Shown: positions 19,590-29,471, numbered from the stretch's first letter. The stretch is 64,000 nucleotides of DNA from an uncultured Acidobacteriota bacterium (GCA_963809485.1 CAWEJX010000020.1:832001-896000), one strand, 5' to 3'. The notes: a model not told the origin generated them from the sequence alone. Numbers and translations: made by a program.

Positions 19590-20819
19590 TTATTGTCCTA
19601 GCTTGCCCATAAGTCGATTCAGACGATGCTGGAAGCTCGAATGCCAATGCAGGTAGGGACGCTGGCTGATGGAGCCGGAATGGAATGCTTCCTGGAGTTG
19701 AACCAGCCCCTCCCGGGTCAGGGACGCCGCTTTCTGAGGCAGGCGGGCGTAGTGTTCATAGTAGATGGCCAGCTGTTCATAGGCCTTGAGGCCTTCAGCG
19801 GAATTGTCGAGCAGCCGTTCCCATTGAGCGTTCGATAGCTCAAAATCCCGGTCGCGCTTGGCCAGAAACGCCAGTTCTCTGCGGGCGACTCGTTCAGCCT
19901 CTTTCGGCAGTCCGCCGTCGAGAGCTTTCCGGTACATCTGTCCGGCCAGGCGCTGCTCTCCGCGCCGGTGCAACAGCCGAGAAATTCCGAAGAGTTCTTC
20001 GGCGCACGCCTCGCATTTCTCCGGTTCCGCGAGAATTCGCGTGATATGCAGAGCAAGCGATGCCAGGCCGCATAGATCCATTTGGTTGTGGCGGAACACT
20101 TCCGCCATCTCCTCCGGCGGGCTTCCGCGGAGGAAATCGAAGTACATTTGCGGGATCGTTTCGGAAGGGATGTCCCGCCCGCGATCCAGCTGCAAGACCT
20201 GGCGCTCCAGTTCGGAAAGAGCGACGGACTTGAGGCGCAGGCGCCAGAGCTGGCGCGCCGGATGGAGAAAATCCAGGTGCGCCGCAGGCGCCTGGACAGG
20301 TCCCAGCCTTCTCATCTGAAAACGGGTCTGCATCAGTGGCCAGTCGAAACTCTTCCCGTTGAACGTCACCAGCACAGTTCCCTGCGCGAATCGATCCAGG
20401 AGGGCAAAAAGCATGGAAGGCTCTTCGCCGTGATCCCTCATGAAATACTGCTGAATCACGAAACTGTCTTCTTCCCACCAGGCCAGCCCGACCAGGAAAG
20501 CATACGTGCCGGTGCCGCCGGCCAGCCCGGTCGTCTCGGTATCCAGGAACAGCCACTGATAAGGATCCCCTATATACTCTGCCGGACAGGAAGCGATAAG
20601 CCGGAGCGCCCGGGAATCCATGGCTCCGGGCAGCGGCCGGGGAAACCGTCGGCGCACGATCATATGCGCGCCCAGCCGGTTGAAACAAGTTTCGCCACCG
20701 AGCAGCTGCAACAGTCTTTCCGAATTTGCAGAGGATTCCGCGACCTGGCGCTTTTTGAGGGTCCGGGCATCCGGCCGGAGCGCCGCCACGCGGGATAGCC
20801 TGTCCGCAAAGGTATCCAT
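19590..20819 (-). CDS. YprB/MrfB-like RNase H-fold exonuclease with C-terminal TPR
   Basis: FLDTETTGLAGGTG, TFNGKSFDWP, HLDFLH, HNQMD; TPR-like AIYYEH region. Confidence 0.85.
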   Translation of the reverse strand: MDTFADRLSRVAALRPDARTLKKRQVAESSANSERLLQLLGGETCFNRLGAHMIVRRRFPRPLPGAMDSRALRLIASCPAEYIGDPYQWLFLDTETTGLAGGTGTYAFLVGLAWWEEDSFVIQQYFMRDHGEEPSMLFALLDRFAQGTVLVTFNGKSFDWPLMQTRFQMRRLGPVQAPAAHLDFLHPARQLWRLRLKSVALSELERQVLQLDRGRDIPSETIPQMYFDFLRGSPPEEMAEVFRHNQMDLCGLASLALHITRILAEPEKCEACAEELFGISRLLHRRGEQRLAGQMYRKALDGGLPKEAERVARRELAFLAKRDRDFELSNAQWERLLDNSAEGLKAYEQLAIYYEHYARLPQKAASLTREGLVQLQEAFHSGSISQRPYLHWHSSFQHRLNRLMGKLGQ

Positions 20820-20821
20820 TT

Positions 20822-23209
20822 TTAAATCCCGAATCTCGAATCCCGAATCGACAATCTGTCGAGAATTGCCAGCGCAACTTCCTTTGCGCGATCGCCGGTT
20901 TCACCCGCCGGCCCCACACAGGACGGGCAACCCTTCTCGCATGCGCAGCCCGCAATCAGCTCCCGAGTCCGGGCGATCAGCAGGTCGTGGAGATGGAACA
21001 ACGGTTCGCTTAGCCCGATACCGCCGGGGTAGGCATCGTATAAATACAGCGCAGGCTGGAAGAACGGCTCTCTCTCCGGAGCAGATTCGAGCCGCCGCTC
21101 CTCTGGTGCCGACACCAGGTCCGGCGCTCCCTCCCCGATGGTCGCTCCCAAATCCATGCGGTCGCACATCAGCAGCAGGCTTGCGACGGATTCCAGAGCA
21201 TACAGCAGGCCGAACAGTCCGTCCTGCCGCTCCGATATCGTGAAGGGGAGCTCGTCGAGCAACAAGCGTTCAAGCGTTACCCAGTAAGCGGTTGTGTGCA
21301 TTTCGTTCTCAGGTAGCTCGAGCTTCCCGGAACCCACATTTTCAAGCGTATAAAATTTGATCTTTTTGAATCCCACCACTTGGGAACGGACCTGCACGTC
21401 ACCGTGCGACCTGGACGCCGGCCCTTGAACGGCTTCCGTTTCTTCCACCTCGAGTCTCTGAACCTGAGTGTAACGGATTGCCTGAGTGAAATAGTCCACG
21501 TCGACCCTTTTAACATAGGCCTTGCGCTGGTCGAAGTCGAGGCGCTCGACATGGTACTGCTGGGCCCCGTGCATATAGATCGCCTTGGGATGCACGGTTG
21601 AAAGCGCACTCGAGAAATCGACCTCGCCGATGACCTCGGGTTCGCCCGTTTCATCGACAATGACAAAATTGTCGGATGAAACGGACCTCAGGCTGACGGT
21701 ATCCGCGGGATAGGCCTCCTGGGTCCAGTACCAGAAGTCCCCACTCCGATGCAGGTACCCGGCTTCTGCCAGCCTCTCACACAACAGCGGCAGATCCACT
21801 GCCCCGAAGCTTTCACCAGGCTCAATCGGGAGTTCGAACGCGGCGCATTTCAGGTGATTCACGAGTATCTCCAGATTGTCCGGCTGTATGTAGGCGTGTT
21901 CGGGAGACCCGGTGAAGAAATATTCCGGGTGCTTGACGACAAACTGATCGAGCGGCCGCGAGGAAGCCACGAAAACGGCGCACGAGCTTCCTTTCCTCCT
22001 TCCCGCCCTCCCCGCGCGCTGCCAGGTTGAGGCGATCGTACCCGGATAGCCCGCCATGATCGCCACGTCCAGAGAACCTATGTCGATGCCGAGCTCGAGA
22101 GCGTTGGTCGCCACCACGGCCCGTATTTGCCCGCTCCGCAGGCCGCGCTCGATCTCACGCCTTTCAAGCGGAAGATAGCCCCCCCGATAGCCCTTTACAA
22201 TCTCCGGCGCGCCGGGCGGCACAGGATTATCCTTTTTGAGATAGGTGAGGAGCACCTCCGTATGAAGACGGCTGTTGGCGAAAACGATGGCCTGGAGGCC
22301 GCGTTGCAGGAAGCCCCGGGCGATGCGCCAGGTTTCATTGATATAGCTGCGGCGAATTCCCAAAAACCGGTTCACCACCGGCGGATTGTAAAAGATGAAG
22401 TATTTTTCTGCGGAAGGCGCCCCATTGCCGTCCAGGACCTCAACATTGCCTCCGATAAGTCGGCCTGCCAGCTCTCCCGGATTGGCAATGGTAGCGGAGG
22501 AAAAAACAAACTGAGGGTTCCGGCCGTAAAACCGTGTAATGCGCTTGAGCCTGCGCAACACGTTGGCCAGGTGACTGCCGAAAACTCCGCGGTAGGTGTG
22601 GAGTTCATCGATGACGATGTACTGCAGGTTCTCGAAAAGACGCGTCCATTTCGTATGGTGCGGCAGGATGCCGCTGTGAAGCATGTCTGGGTTGGTGAGG
22701 ACGATATGTCCCTGCTGGCGGATGGATTGCCGCGCATCGGAAGGAGTATCGCCGTCATAGGTGAAAACGCCGAATTTGTCTCCCAGTTTTCTGTCCAGAT
22801 CCTCCAACTCGGCCAGCTGGTCCTGGGCCAGCGCTTTGGTGGGATAGATGTACAGCGCGCGCGTGTCCGGATTTTCGAGGATCGCGTTCAATACCGGGAG
22901 GTTGTAGCAGAGCGTTTTCCCGGATGCCGTCGGCGTGACGACCACGACGTTTTCCCCGCGGCGCACCTTCTCCGCAGCTTCGGCCTGATGCGAATAGAGC
23001 CGCTCGATGCCCTTGGCTCGATACGCCTGCGCCAGTTCGGGAAGCACCCAATCCGGCATAGGCGCCCACTGAGCCTCCTTCGCAGGAAAGCGCTGGACAG
23101 AGGTTACGACCTCGTTGGCCCCATCGTTGGGCGCCAGTTCCTGGATGATTTCATGGACTTCGATTAGGGCTGTGCTGCCCTGAGCCGGATGAGCGGGCAT
23201 ATTGTTCAC
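20822..23209 (-). CDS. YprA/MrfA-like DEAH helicase with C-terminal DUF1998 Zn-binding domain
   Basis: YSHQ, TPTASGKT, PTKALAQDQ, DELH, SAT, ALELGIDIG, QRAGRAGR, LYDAYPGGIG, CACEKGCPSC. Confidence 0.92.
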   Translation of the reverse strand: MNNMPAHPAQGSTALIEVHEIIQELAPNDGANEVVTSVQRFPAKEAQWAPMPDWVLPELAQAYRAKGIERLYSHQAEAAEKVRRGENVVVVTPTASGKTLCYNLPVLNAILENPDTRALYIYPTKALAQDQLAELEDLDRKLGDKFGVFTYDGDTPSDARQSIRQQGHIVLTNPDMLHSGILPHHTKWTRLFENLQYIVIDELHTYRGVFGSHLANVLRRLKRITRFYGRNPQFVFSSATIANPGELAGRLIGGNVEVLDGNGAPSAEKYFIFYNPPVVNRFLGIRRSYINETWRIARGFLQRGLQAIVFANSRLHTEVLLTYLKKDNPVPPGAPEIVKGYRGGYLPLERREIERGLRSGQIRAVVATNALELGIDIGSLDVAIMAGYPGTIASTWQRAGRAGRRKGSSCAVFVASSRPLDQFVVKHPEYFFTGSPEHAYIQPDNLEILVNHLKCAAFELPIEPGESFGAVDLPLLCERLAEAGYLHRSGDFWYWTQEAYPADTVSLRSVSSDNFVIVDETGEPEVIGEVDFSSALSTVHPKAIYMHGAQQYHVERLDFDQRKAYVKRVDVDYFTQAIRYTQVQRLEVEETEAVQGPASRSHGDVQVRSQVVGFKKIKFYTLENVGSGKLELPENEMHTTAYWVTLERLLLDELPFTISERQDGLFGLLYALESVASLLLMCDRMDLGATIGEGAPDLVSAPEERRLESAPEREPFFQPALYLYDAYPGGIGLSEPLFHLHDLLIARTRELIAGCACEKGCPSCVGPAGETGDRAKEVALAILDRLSIRDSRFGI
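20825..20856. repeat. Heptamer repeat (AATCCCG/AATCTCG) forming the helicase C-terminus
   Basis: AATCCCG AATCTCG AATCCCG AATCGAC AATC; translated as ...SIRDSRFGI-stop. Confidence 0.8.
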
Positions 23210-23390
23210 CTTTTATTCACCATGCGGCCAGTGTAGCATGAAGGCCCGGTTGGAGCAAAAGCAATTGCGAATCGGTATTTGAGAATCGTCCATGGGATGA
23301 GGCTGCGGCCCGCGGCTGTGCTTTTTCTAAGTTATTGATATTTTAGGGGATAGATAAGCAGTTCCCTATCACTCGAGCGCTCCGCGTTTG

Positions 23391-23523
23391 TCGGCTTTTG
23401 CTCGCCGACCCTCGCCGAACAAATCGTTTGTCAGCGCTTTTATCAGCGTTTTTCAGCGTTTCAAAATACGGCGCTGTCAAACTCTTTGAGTCCCCGGCAG
23501 AGCCGCGGGTTTACCAATGTAAT
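23391..23523 (+). repeat. Dispersed repeat family A, ~133 bp copy (MITE/REP-like)
   Basis: Near-identical to 61118-61254 apart from small indels and a few substitutions; TCAGCGT/C subrepeats; terminal CCCCGGC-AGA-GCCGCGGG hairpin. Confidence 0.9.
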
Positions 23524-23531
23524 TAGCAGTA

Positions 23532-24032
23532 TCAGGCGAGCTGGCGCAGGATGGAGGGGGTGAGAAGAGAAACCAGAATGCCTTTGGGTACGCCGCGAGT
23601 GCTTTCCAGATCCAGGACGCAAACGCCGCCTTTTTTAAGCTCGATGTAACAGTCAGCCGATCCCCAGGCGATTTCACCGGCTATCTCCCCCAGGGAAGGC
23701 TGATGGCCGACGATCATCAGGCTTTCCAGCTTCTTTTCATACTGGCTGACCTCGCGATAGAGTTCCTGACGGGTGCCGGAAGGGGCGAGCGAGGAAACCG
23801 TTTTCAGCGGGATTTTTGCTCCCAGGATTTCGAGCAATATTTCCGCAGTCTGGCTGGCACGGGGCAAGGGGCTGCTCAGTATGATTCCGGGGATATACCC
23901 CAGTTTGCGCATCCCGGCGGCGGCCTGCCGCATTTTGGCAACGCCCTCTTCGGTGAGCACGCGCTCGTCGTCAGTGAATCCGGGCGTACCGTGCGCAAAG
24001 GCTATCCCATGCCGCACAATATAGAGAATCAT
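23532..24032 (-). CDS. sixA: Phosphohistidine phosphatase SixA
   Basis: IVRHG, D.RVLT..G, SSPLPRASQT, IVGHQP, LKKGG. Confidence 0.92.
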   Translation of the reverse strand: MILYIVRHGIAFAHGTPGFTDDERVLTEEGVAKMRQAAAGMRKLGYIPGIILSSPLPRASQTAEILLEILGAKIPLKTVSSLAPSGTRQELYREVSQYEKKLESLMIVGHQPSLGEIAGEIAWGSADCYIELKKGGVCVLDLESTRGVPKGILVSLLTPSILRQLA

Positions 24033-24098
24033 TGCAGCTTTCCCCTATTAATGTACTTCACAAAGGATATACTATCCGGAAGGAAATCATTAAAAAAA

Positions 24099-25652
24099 AT
24101 GACTGCGTCAAACAACCTTCTGATGGCTGCCATTGATATCGGATCCAGCGCAATTCGCATGGATGTTGCGGAGATGGGTCCTGACGGTGTGATACGGATA
24201 CTGGAGTCCCTGAAAAAGGGGGTACAGCTCGGCCGGGATGCTTTCACCGAAGGCCACCTGAAACAGGAAACGATGCGGGCGGCCTGCGATGTTTTGCGCG
24301 ATTTCAAAAAGGTGATGGACACCTACGGCGTAATGCGTTACCGGGCGGTGGCGACGAGCGCTGTGCGGGAATCCAGCAACAGCGAGACATTCCTGGACCG
24401 TCTGCTGATGAGCACCGGTCTGGATGTCGAAGTCATCGACGGTCCTGAGGAAAACCGCATCACGCTTTCAGCGGTCATGGACTCCCTGCGCGGCGAATCC
24501 GATCCGGGCAGGGCGAAAAGCATCCTGGTAGAAGTCGGGGGCGGGAGCACCGATGTCGCCCTGCTCGTTGGGGGAGAACTGCAGCAGGCGGGTACGTTCC
24601 CGCTGGGGTCCATCCGCCTGCGGGCTCAGGTTAGTCTGGGATCGGCGAAACATGATCAACAGGTCCGCATATTGAAACGCCAGATTGCCGGCTTTATGGC
24701 CAACATCAAGCGTGAAATTGATCTCAAGGAAGCCGCCCATTGCATCACGCTGGGCGGCGATGTCCGCTTCGCGGCAAGAGTTTTGAACGATCCCGGCTCA
24801 AACAGAAGGCTCTCCATCATTCCCACAGAAAAGTTTGCCGAATTTGTGGATTCTCTGTCGCGGCTGAATGTCGACACGCTGGTGCAAAAATACTCCATTT
24901 CTTACCTCGATGCGGAAACGCTGGCGCCTGCGCTCCTCACGTACCTGCAGATTCTCAAGGAAACACAGGCCCGAGACATTATCGTAAGCGACGCGAGTAT
25001 CCGCGCAGGCATTCTGCAGGATCTGGCCCCCGCGGAGCAGGGGAACCGGCTCAAGAAGCTGGCCGTTCAGATCCTGTCGGCAGCTCGCAGCCTCGGACGC
25101 AAGTATCACTATGATGAAGGACATGCCGAGCGCGTCCGGGAGCTTTCGGTGCGCCTCTTCGATGAGCTGAAAACCGAGCAACGATTGACCGACACGCACC
25201 GTTTATACCTTGAGGTCGCGGCGGTGCTTCACGACATCGGATTATTCATAGGTTCGCGCAGCCATCACAAGCACAGCTACTACCTGATTTCCTCGTCGCA
25301 ACTCTTCGGCCTGCGCAAGTCCGAGCTGGAGTTGATCGCAAACATCGCCCGTTATCACCGGCGGGCGCTGCCGCAGCGTTCGCACACGCCGTTTGTTGCC
25401 CTGGACCGCGACGAGAGAATGATCGTGTCCAAACTTGGAGCCATTCTCCGGGTTGCCAACGCCCTCGACAAGGATCAGATGCAGAAAGTCATGGACCTGA
25501 AAATCAGCCGCGATGGGGACCAGATCATCCTGAGCGCCCCGAATGTTTCCGACCTGGCCATGGGAAGAATCGCGCTTGCCAGCCGGAGCGATTTTTTCAC
25601 GGAGATTTTCGGGAAGAAAATAATTTTGAGAGAGGCACCCGAAGCCCAATGA
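24099..25652 (+). CDS. ppx: Ppx/GppA exopolyphosphatase with HD domain
   Basis: AAIDIGSSAIR, ATSAVRE, GGGST, LGSIRL, LHDIG...HHKHSYY...ARYHR. Start at ATG 24099; the track's longer ORF overlaps sixA. Confidence 0.9.
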   Translation: MTASNNLLMAAIDIGSSAIRMDVAEMGPDGVIRILESLKKGVQLGRDAFTEGHLKQETMRAACDVLRDFKKVMDTYGVMRYRAVATSAVRESSNSETFLDRLLMSTGLDVEVIDGPEENRITLSAVMDSLRGESDPGRAKSILVEVGGGSTDVALLVGGELQQAGTFPLGSIRLRAQVSLGSAKHDQQVRILKRQIAGFMANIKREIDLKEAAHCITLGGDVRFAARVLNDPGSNRRLSIIPTEKFAEFVDSLSRLNVDTLVQKYSISYLDAETLAPALLTYLQILKETQARDIIVSDASIRAGILQDLAPAEQGNRLKKLAVQILSAARSLGRKYHYDEGHAERVRELSVRLFDELKTEQRLTDTHRLYLEVAAVLHDIGLFIGSRSHHKHSYYLISSSQLFGLRKSELELIANIARYHRRALPQRSHTPFVALDRDERMIVSKLGAILRVANALDKDQMQKVMDLKISRDGDQIILSAPNVSDLAMGRIALASRSDFFTEIFGKKIILREAPEAQ

Positions 25653-27751
25653 CCACACGGCGGCCGGCCGCTTTTCTGAACCGGGAAACAAGTTGGCTGG
25701 ACTTCAACCTGCGCGTTTTGGAGGAAGCGCAGGATCCCCGGAATCCGCTTCTGGAGCGATTGCGATTCTACTGCATATTTCACTCCAACCTGGATGAGTT
25801 CTTCATGGTCCGGGTAGCCTCCCTGCGGGGATTGCTGGAGCAGGGCGACAACAATCCGGATCCTTCGGGGCTCACGCCCCGCCAGCAGCTTGACCTGATA
25901 TTCACCCGCGTCCGCGAAATGTACGAATCAAGCTATCTTCTCTATTCCGGGGAATTGATCCCGGCCCTTGCCAAGGAAAAAATCCGGATCCTCCAGCCGG
26001 ACCAGCTCAAACCGGCCCAGGAAAAATTCATTGACGAATACTTCGAGCGGGAGATTTACCCGGTTTTGACCCCTATCGCCGTCGACGAGTCGCACCCGTT
26101 CCCTTGGCTGCCCGGACTGACCTTCAACCTGGCGGTTTTGCTGCAATCGGGCAAGGAAGAGGTCCCGCGCATGGCCGTGGTACAGGTGCCCGGCCGGCTC
26201 CCCGGAATATTCCGGCTCCCGGACAGCGACACGCTGGAGATGTGCTGGCTGAATGATGCGGTCCGAAGACGAATGTCCAGCCTGTTCCCCGGCTATCAGC
26301 TGCTCGAGATCGCAGGGTTCCGCCTGGCGCGCGATTCCGAGCTCGACCTCGGCGACGAGGATCGCTACGACTATGTAGGGATGCTGGAGACCGGGCTCAA
26401 GAAACGCAGGAGCGCAAAGCCGATCCGCCTGGAGCACGAGGCGATGTCTCCGGAGCTCCTGTCGAGGATTCAGCAGGCCCTGGAAGTCCCGGGCCCGGAA
26501 TTGTTCCCCGTCCGGGGCCCCCTGGATCCGCGGCCTCTGCTGTCGCTCGTGGACATGCCGGGCTACGAGCATTTGCGCTACCGGCCTCAACCCCCCCTGA
26601 TACCGCCGGAATTCGATCCCGAGCGCGGCATTTTTGAAGTGCTCAGGGAAAGGGATATTCTGTTGCACCATCCCTATGACTCCATCGATCCCGTAGTACG
26701 TTTTGTTGAAGCGGCGGCCGAAGACCCGGATGTCCTCGCTATCAAGCAGACGCTTTATCGGACCAGCGGCAAGGAATCTCCGGTGGTACAATCTCTGATC
26801 CGCGCGGCTGAAAGCGGCAAACAGGTTACGGTGCTGGTTGAACTCACCGCCCGGTTCGACGAGGAGCGCAATATCGGCTGGGCCAGAGATCTGGAGGAAG
26901 CCGGCGCCCATGTTTTATACGGCCTGGCCGGCTTGAAGGTGCATGCCAAAATTACGCTGGTTGTGCGCCGCGAGTCATCGGGAATATGCAGATATGTGCA
27001 TCTGGGAACAGGCAACTATAATGAGCGGACGGCCCGGCTGTATACGGATATGGGACTGCTGACCTCGGCGGATGACTTCGGCAGCGATGCCTCGGCCTTT
27101 TTCAACACGATTACGGGGTACTCGGAACCTCCTCAGTTCAGCCGCCTGGTCATGGCGCCGACAGGGATGAGAGATAAGCTGCTGCTGCTTATCCGTAGGG
27201 AGTCCGACTGGGCGCGCACGGGCCAGAATTCGGAAATCCTTGGTAAAATGAACTCGCTGGTCGATCCGAAAATCATTCAGGAGCTATGTGCGGCCGGCAA
27301 ATCCGGAGTCAAGATTCAACTGAACGTTAGAGGGATCTGCTGCCTGCGCCCCGGCGTTCCAGGGATCAGCGATAACATACGCGTGGTTTCCATCATTGAC
27401 CGCTATCTCGAGCACAGCCGCGCCTTTGCTTTTGGCAACGGGGGGGATCCTGAGGTGTATCTGTCGAGCGCCGACTGGATGCCCAGGAACCTGGACCGCA
27501 GAGTCGAATTGATGTTTCCGATTCAGCAAGCGGACCTGAGGGAAAAGGTCCTGCGATTGCTTAGAGCTCAGATGTCCGACAATCAAAAGTCACGCATATT
27601 GAAACCGGAGGGTACCTATGAAAGATTGACTGCCGGCCGCTCGGATCCGTTTCGCGTCCAGGAACGCCTCTACCAGCAGAGTTTGGAAGAACAGGAGCGC
27701 GTCCGGGCCCTGACTCCGGTCCGCTTCATCCCGATTGAGGGCCGAGACTGA
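25649..27751 (+). CDS. ppk1: Polyphosphate kinase 1
   Basis: NRETSWLDFNLRVL, NLDEFFMVRVA, LHHPYDS, ARFDEERNI, KVHAK, HLGTGNYN, SADWMPRNLDRRVE. Confidence 0.97.
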   Translation: MTTRRPAAFLNRETSWLDFNLRVLEEAQDPRNPLLERLRFYCIFHSNLDEFFMVRVASLRGLLEQGDNNPDPSGLTPRQQLDLIFTRVREMYESSYLLYSGELIPALAKEKIRILQPDQLKPAQEKFIDEYFEREIYPVLTPIAVDESHPFPWLPGLTFNLAVLLQSGKEEVPRMAVVQVPGRLPGIFRLPDSDTLEMCWLNDAVRRRMSSLFPGYQLLEIAGFRLARDSELDLGDEDRYDYVGMLETGLKKRRSAKPIRLEHEAMSPELLSRIQQALEVPGPELFPVRGPLDPRPLLSLVDMPGYEHLRYRPQPPLIPPEFDPERGIFEVLRERDILLHHPYDSIDPVVRFVEAAAEDPDVLAIKQTLYRTSGKESPVVQSLIRAAESGKQVTVLVELTARFDEERNIGWARDLEEAGAHVLYGLAGLKVHAKITLVVRRESSGICRYVHLGTGNYNERTARLYTDMGLLTSADDFGSDASAFFNTITGYSEPPQFSRLVMAPTGMRDKLLLLIRRESDWARTGQNSEILGKMNSLVDPKIIQELCAAGKSGVKIQLNVRGICCLRPGVPGISDNIRVVSIIDRYLEHSRAFAFGNGGDPEVYLSSADWMPRNLDRRVELMFPIQQADLREKVLRLLRAQMSDNQKSRILKPEGTYERLTAGRSDPFRVQERLYQQSLEEQERVRALTPVRFIPIEGRD

Positions 27752-27783
27752 TCGAATTCGAGCACTCGAAGAAAGAATAATTT

Positions 27784-28767
27784 ATGGCGAATCTCCAAGT
27801 GGTTCTGGGAGTTGACATCGGCGGCACCAACACAAAATACGGCTATGTGGACGGCGCCGGAAAATGCCTTGCGAGCGGATCGATGGCCACCCATGCGCAG
27901 GAGCCGGCAAAGGTGTTTTTCGACCGGTTGCAGCAGAGGGCCAAAGCCCTGTTCAACAGCCTGCCCGAAACGTGTGATCTGGTCGGAATAGGCGTCGGGG
28001 CGCCCAACGGGAATTACTACAAAGCCACCATCGAGAATCCTCCCAATCTCAGCTGGGAGTACGTGGATTTGCGCGCAGAGCTGGGGACATACTACGGCGT
28101 CCCGGTGGCGGCAACCAACGACGCGAACGCCGCGGCGCTGGGTGAAATGCTTTTCGGCGCCGCCAGAGGCATGAAAAATTTCATCGTCATCACGCTGGGA
28201 ACCGGGCTGGGCAGCGGCATTGTCTCGAACGGCGAGCTTGTTTACGGAGCGGATGGATTTGCGGGCGAGATCGGCCACACCATCGTCGATCCGGACGGGC
28301 GTCAGTGCGGATGCGGGAAACGGGGCTGCCTGGAAGCTTATTGCTCGGCTACCGGATTGTGCCGGACCGTTCAGGAACTCATTTGCGAGACCATGGAACC
28401 CAGCGAGCTCCGCGGCGTGAGTCCGGCGGAGTTGACCGCAAGAATGGTTTCGGAATGCGCGCTTCGCGGCGACCGGCTGGCCATCGAGGCCTTCCAGCGT
28501 TGCGGCCGCACCCTGGGTATCAAGCTGGCCGATTCCGTGGCGCACCTGAGCCCGGAAGCCATAATCCTTTTCGGCGGCATGGCCTCTGCGGGCGAGCTGA
28601 TATTCGGGCCGACCCAACGTTCGCTCGAAGAGCATCTCTTCCCCATTTTCCGGAATAAGGTAAAACTTATCCCGTCCGGGCTTGTTGAAGGAAACACTGC
28701 CATACTCGGGGCGAGCGCCCTGATCTGGAATGTGCTAAAAAATGAACTAAAACTGCTCAGGCAATAG
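27784..28767 (+). CDS. ROK-family sugar kinase (glucokinase-like)
   Basis: GVDIGGT, NDANAAALGE, TLGTGLGSG, GEIGH...CGCGKRGCLE. Confidence 0.92.
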   Translation: MANLQVVLGVDIGGTNTKYGYVDGAGKCLASGSMATHAQEPAKVFFDRLQQRAKALFNSLPETCDLVGIGVGAPNGNYYKATIENPPNLSWEYVDLRAELGTYYGVPVAATNDANAAALGEMLFGAARGMKNFIVITLGTGLGSGIVSNGELVYGADGFAGEIGHTIVDPDGRQCGCGKRGCLEAYCSATGLCRTVQELICETMEPSELRGVSPAELTARMVSECALRGDRLAIEAFQRCGRTLGIKLADSVAHLSPEAIILFGGMASAGELIFGPTQRSLEEHLFPIFRNKVKLIPSGLVEGNTAILGASALIWNVLKNELKLLRQ

Positions 28768-28775
28768 GAGGAACT

Positions 28776-29243
28776 ATGAAAGGCGATAATGGCGTTGTTG
28801 CAAAGCTGGACGAGCTGCTGGCTGAGGAATTGACCGCGATCAACCAATATATGGTCGAGGCGGAGATGTGCGCCAACTGGGGATACGACAAACTTCACGC
28901 GGTGATGCAGAAACGGGCGATCACCGAGATGAAGCATGCGGAAAACCTGATCGAGCGGATCCTCTTCCTCGACGGCAGGCCTACGGTCAGCAAACTGAAT
29001 TCGATCAACATCGGCGCCGATGTTGAGGCCATGCACAAGAACGACCTTGCTTCCGAGCTCGACGCTGTTGCGCATTACAACGAAGGCATCCGCCTGTGCG
29101 CGCAGGCCGGAGACAACGGGAGCGAGCAGCTGCTCAAGGCCATTCTCAAAGACGAAGAGGACCACGTGGACTGGCTGGAGGCGCAGCAGGACCAGATCCG
29201 GCAGATGGGCATCCAGCTCTACCTCGCCGAACAGGCCGGATAA
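28776..29243 (+). CDS. bfr: Bacterioferritin
   Basis: ELTAINQY, EMKHA (heme Met), ERILFLDG.P, DEEDHVDWLE; AGGAGG RBS. Confidence 0.96.
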   Translation: MKGDNGVVAKLDELLAEELTAINQYMVEAEMCANWGYDKLHAVMQKRAITEMKHAENLIERILFLDGRPTVSKLNSINIGADVEAMHKNDLASELDAVAHYNEGIRLCAQAGDNGSEQLLKAILKDEEDHVDWLEAQQDQIRQMGIQLYLAEQAG

Positions 29244-29254
29244 TGTATCCCTGG

Positions 29255-29290
29255 ACATACCGGGATATGCCGCGGCATATCCCGGTATGT
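29255..29290. repeat. Perfect 36-bp palindrome downstream of bfr
   Basis: ACATACCGGGATATGCCG|CGGCATATCCCGGTATGT is its own reverse complement. Confidence 0.95.
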
Positions 29291-29455
29291 GCCTCCAGAT
29301 TGCGGATCGAAATTCGAAGGTCGCAGGAGGCACATCGCGACCTGAGACCTGGAACCGATAATATCCATGTCCGTTTGCTCCGCCTCGCGGGGAAAAAGTG
29401 TGATAAATACGTGGCGAAAGGCCAGCTATTCTGAGGAGGAGCACAAACTGATATA

Positions 29456-29471
29456 GCTGGGAGACAGGGAT
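29456..29471. mobile_element. att-like 16-bp duplicate of the tRNA-Gln 3' end (distal boundary of micro-island)
   Basis: GCTGGGAGACAGGGAT is identical to 31651-31666, same orientation. Confidence 0.75.

Noticed and set aside
19590-23209. DUF1998 helicase as a DISARM/Druantia/Dpd defence system
   Set aside because: A single-chain ~795-aa helicase paired with a YprB exonuclease matches MrfAB/YprAB repair; no methylase, PLD or SNF2 partners.
23703-24098. N-terminal extensions in the ORF track (ppx; also korA, atpC, puuD-like, nadD, ftsL)
   Set aside because: They overlap neighbouring genes or repeats; downstream starts with an RBS fit the family lengths.
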